DNA of 64,000 bases from Octopus sinensis (lineage: Eukaryota), in NCBI RefSeq assembly GCF_006345805.1, contig NC_043000.1:36766001-36830000 (forward strand), given 5' to 3'. Of the stretch, positions 62,281-64,000 are shown piece by piece; the stretch's first letter is position 1; the number at the start of each line of letters is the position of its first letter. The translations under genes and the position numbers were made by a program. The notes under the pieces are model-generated. The model ran no database searches. It was given only the letters and a program-made list of their open reading frames with translations, and was not told the DNA's origin.

Positions 62281-63817
62281 CACACACACACACTCTTCTA
62301 CAGAAATATATCAGCTGAACTCTAATAGCACATTGTATGTTTCAATATTCTCGTTCATAATCTGCAGATTGGTCGAATGTGGGCTCTATTTTTCAGTGTG
62401 GACCCTATTTTTCTGTGTTGCTTCTATGGGATGAGATAAAGTCTAACGTTTCGAAGTCTAACGTTTGTCGTGAATTTTGGATTAAAGTTGTATGGAATGA
62501 TGACCAGGTAAATATTTAGGGAAATTCGATTTCTCTTCGGCACGAATTGTTTAAAGAAGTAGAGAGGAAAAGCAGAACTACCTATACTAATATCTCTCCA
62601 AGATTCGCCAGAGTCCAATCTATATTGACTTAATCCCTGTCCTTCCTCCTGGCAATATGATCTCTTTTATAGGGATCCAAACAGTGGAGAGGTCAGTTTT
62701 ATTCACATACGAAAGGTGTGGTCTAGAGAGGACAATTAAGGGCCACGTTAAAGACAGGGCCTTCACCACTGTCTCCTATACAGTTTCTACCGACCCAGTT
62801 TCACTCAGCTTGCCTTGTTTGAATCCTTTGATATGACTGGAAACACTCAGTTGCCTCGTAAAAGGCCACAGGATTTCAGAGTTAGCGTTTAACCATGTAA
62901 CCTAGACTTCATCATAAGCTACGAGTAATTGTCAGAAACATTTACAACAGAACATTAGGACTGTTTAGTTTCATTTGACAAGAGTTCCTACAGTAAACCT
63001 ATGCCATTTATTGAATCCTCATACTTCATATGCATTTAAACTATTAATTTCTTTTAAAACCCGCGGCCTTAATTAGGGCTGCATTAAAATATCTCATAGC
63101 CTAATTAGTTTTTGGTCAGAGAAAGGAATCGGTTTACGAGATTTTGATGTCTCCGGTGCTTGCTGGTTGAAATATCTCATGGCATTGTATAACATCATTC
63201 TTTAATTAAAATGATATATTAGTGACGGAGCTGATGTGCTAATGTGTTCTGTAATGGTTGCCCGTACTCAAAGAGAAAACCCTTTTGTTAAATTACTTGT
63301 GCAAGAAATCGATAAACAGCACTAATTTACCTCATTATACGGAAAATAAATTGAAAGTGTAACCTAAAGAGGAAAACGGCCTCTTACACGTGTGCGTGTG
63401 TGTTACTATAGAGTTTAATGATTACTGTTCGCGAAGCTGGTTTACTATCGACGAGAAAGCAATATTGATAGCATGAAATAATAATAATAATAACTGGTCA
63501 ACAATGGATTAGAAAATGTAAAATACTTTCACGTTATGTCATAATATCATAAAATATCAATAACAGATATTAGAAAGAATTATATTTACATATATATGAA
63601 TATGTATCATTTTCTGCGTTTCAACCCAAAGGCAGTGACTGATAGGAACTGAATAGGTACTTATGCACTACACTTGTTTCAAAAGGAGCCCCGAATGCAT
63701 ATCACGCAATTTTAAGGTGTTAATTCTTTAGTATTCTTTCATATCAGATACTTTAAAGATACATAATATGCTTTCCGTGCTCCTTATCAAATATGCGCAC
63801 ATAACTACCAATTCCAT

Positions 63818-63900
63818 TCCTTTCATTTACAGTCGACCTCGGCGGAATTTGAGCTCAGAATGTAAAGACAGACGAAACACCGCTAAGCATTTCGCCCGAA
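63818..63900 (-). mobile_element. SINE family A fragment
   Basis: GTCGACCTCGGCGGAATTTGAGCTCAGAA..CCGCTAAGCATTTCGCCC. Confidence 0.8.
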
Positions 63901-64000
63901 ATATTAAAGTATATACAACCACTGCATGTTCGCATATGTGTATATATGCGATTGTGGAGGTGCATAAATCGTATGTGTATAGAATGATTTTACGATGAAT

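Noticed and set aside
1-64000. CRISPR array, rRNA, or prokaryote-style operon
   Set aside because: No constant repeat-spacer periodicity, no rRNA motifs, and no intact multi-gene coding block; the sequence is eukaryotic repeat DNA.

Overview
AT-rich, repeat-saturated animal non-coding DNA with no host protein-coding exon I can support. The repeat families match from memory those of coleoid cephalopods (Octopus-type SINEs with (AT)n/(GT)n/(ATT)n microsatellites); this species call is inference. The window holds four tRNA-derived SINE families, labelled A-D here (about 40 full or partial copies, several in inverted pairs). It also holds decayed non-LTR retrotransposons (one R4/Dong-type RLE fragment; two long and two short RTE fragments), Tc1, mariner, pogo/Tigger and DUF4817-type DNA transposon remnants, and several Penelope-like (PLE) pieces. 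Almost all listed ORFs are microsatellite or SINE read-through artefacts. Main items: (1) a 5'-truncated PLE at 28944-30170 (-) with an uninterrupted GIY-YIG endonuclease frame, no RT, and an apparently intact type I hammerhead ribozyme at 28981-29079, plus two decayed hammerheads elsewhere; (2) an RTE copy with a twin-priming-like 5' inversion; (3) a 284-nt near-perfect foldback and a 233-bp inverted duplication, both potential long dsRNA; (4) SINE C copies with clean TSDs whose 3' end resembles the RTE 3' UTR; (5) an R4/Dong fragment joined tail-first to a SINE (ATT)n tail. Boundaries of diverged repeats are read by eye and approximate.
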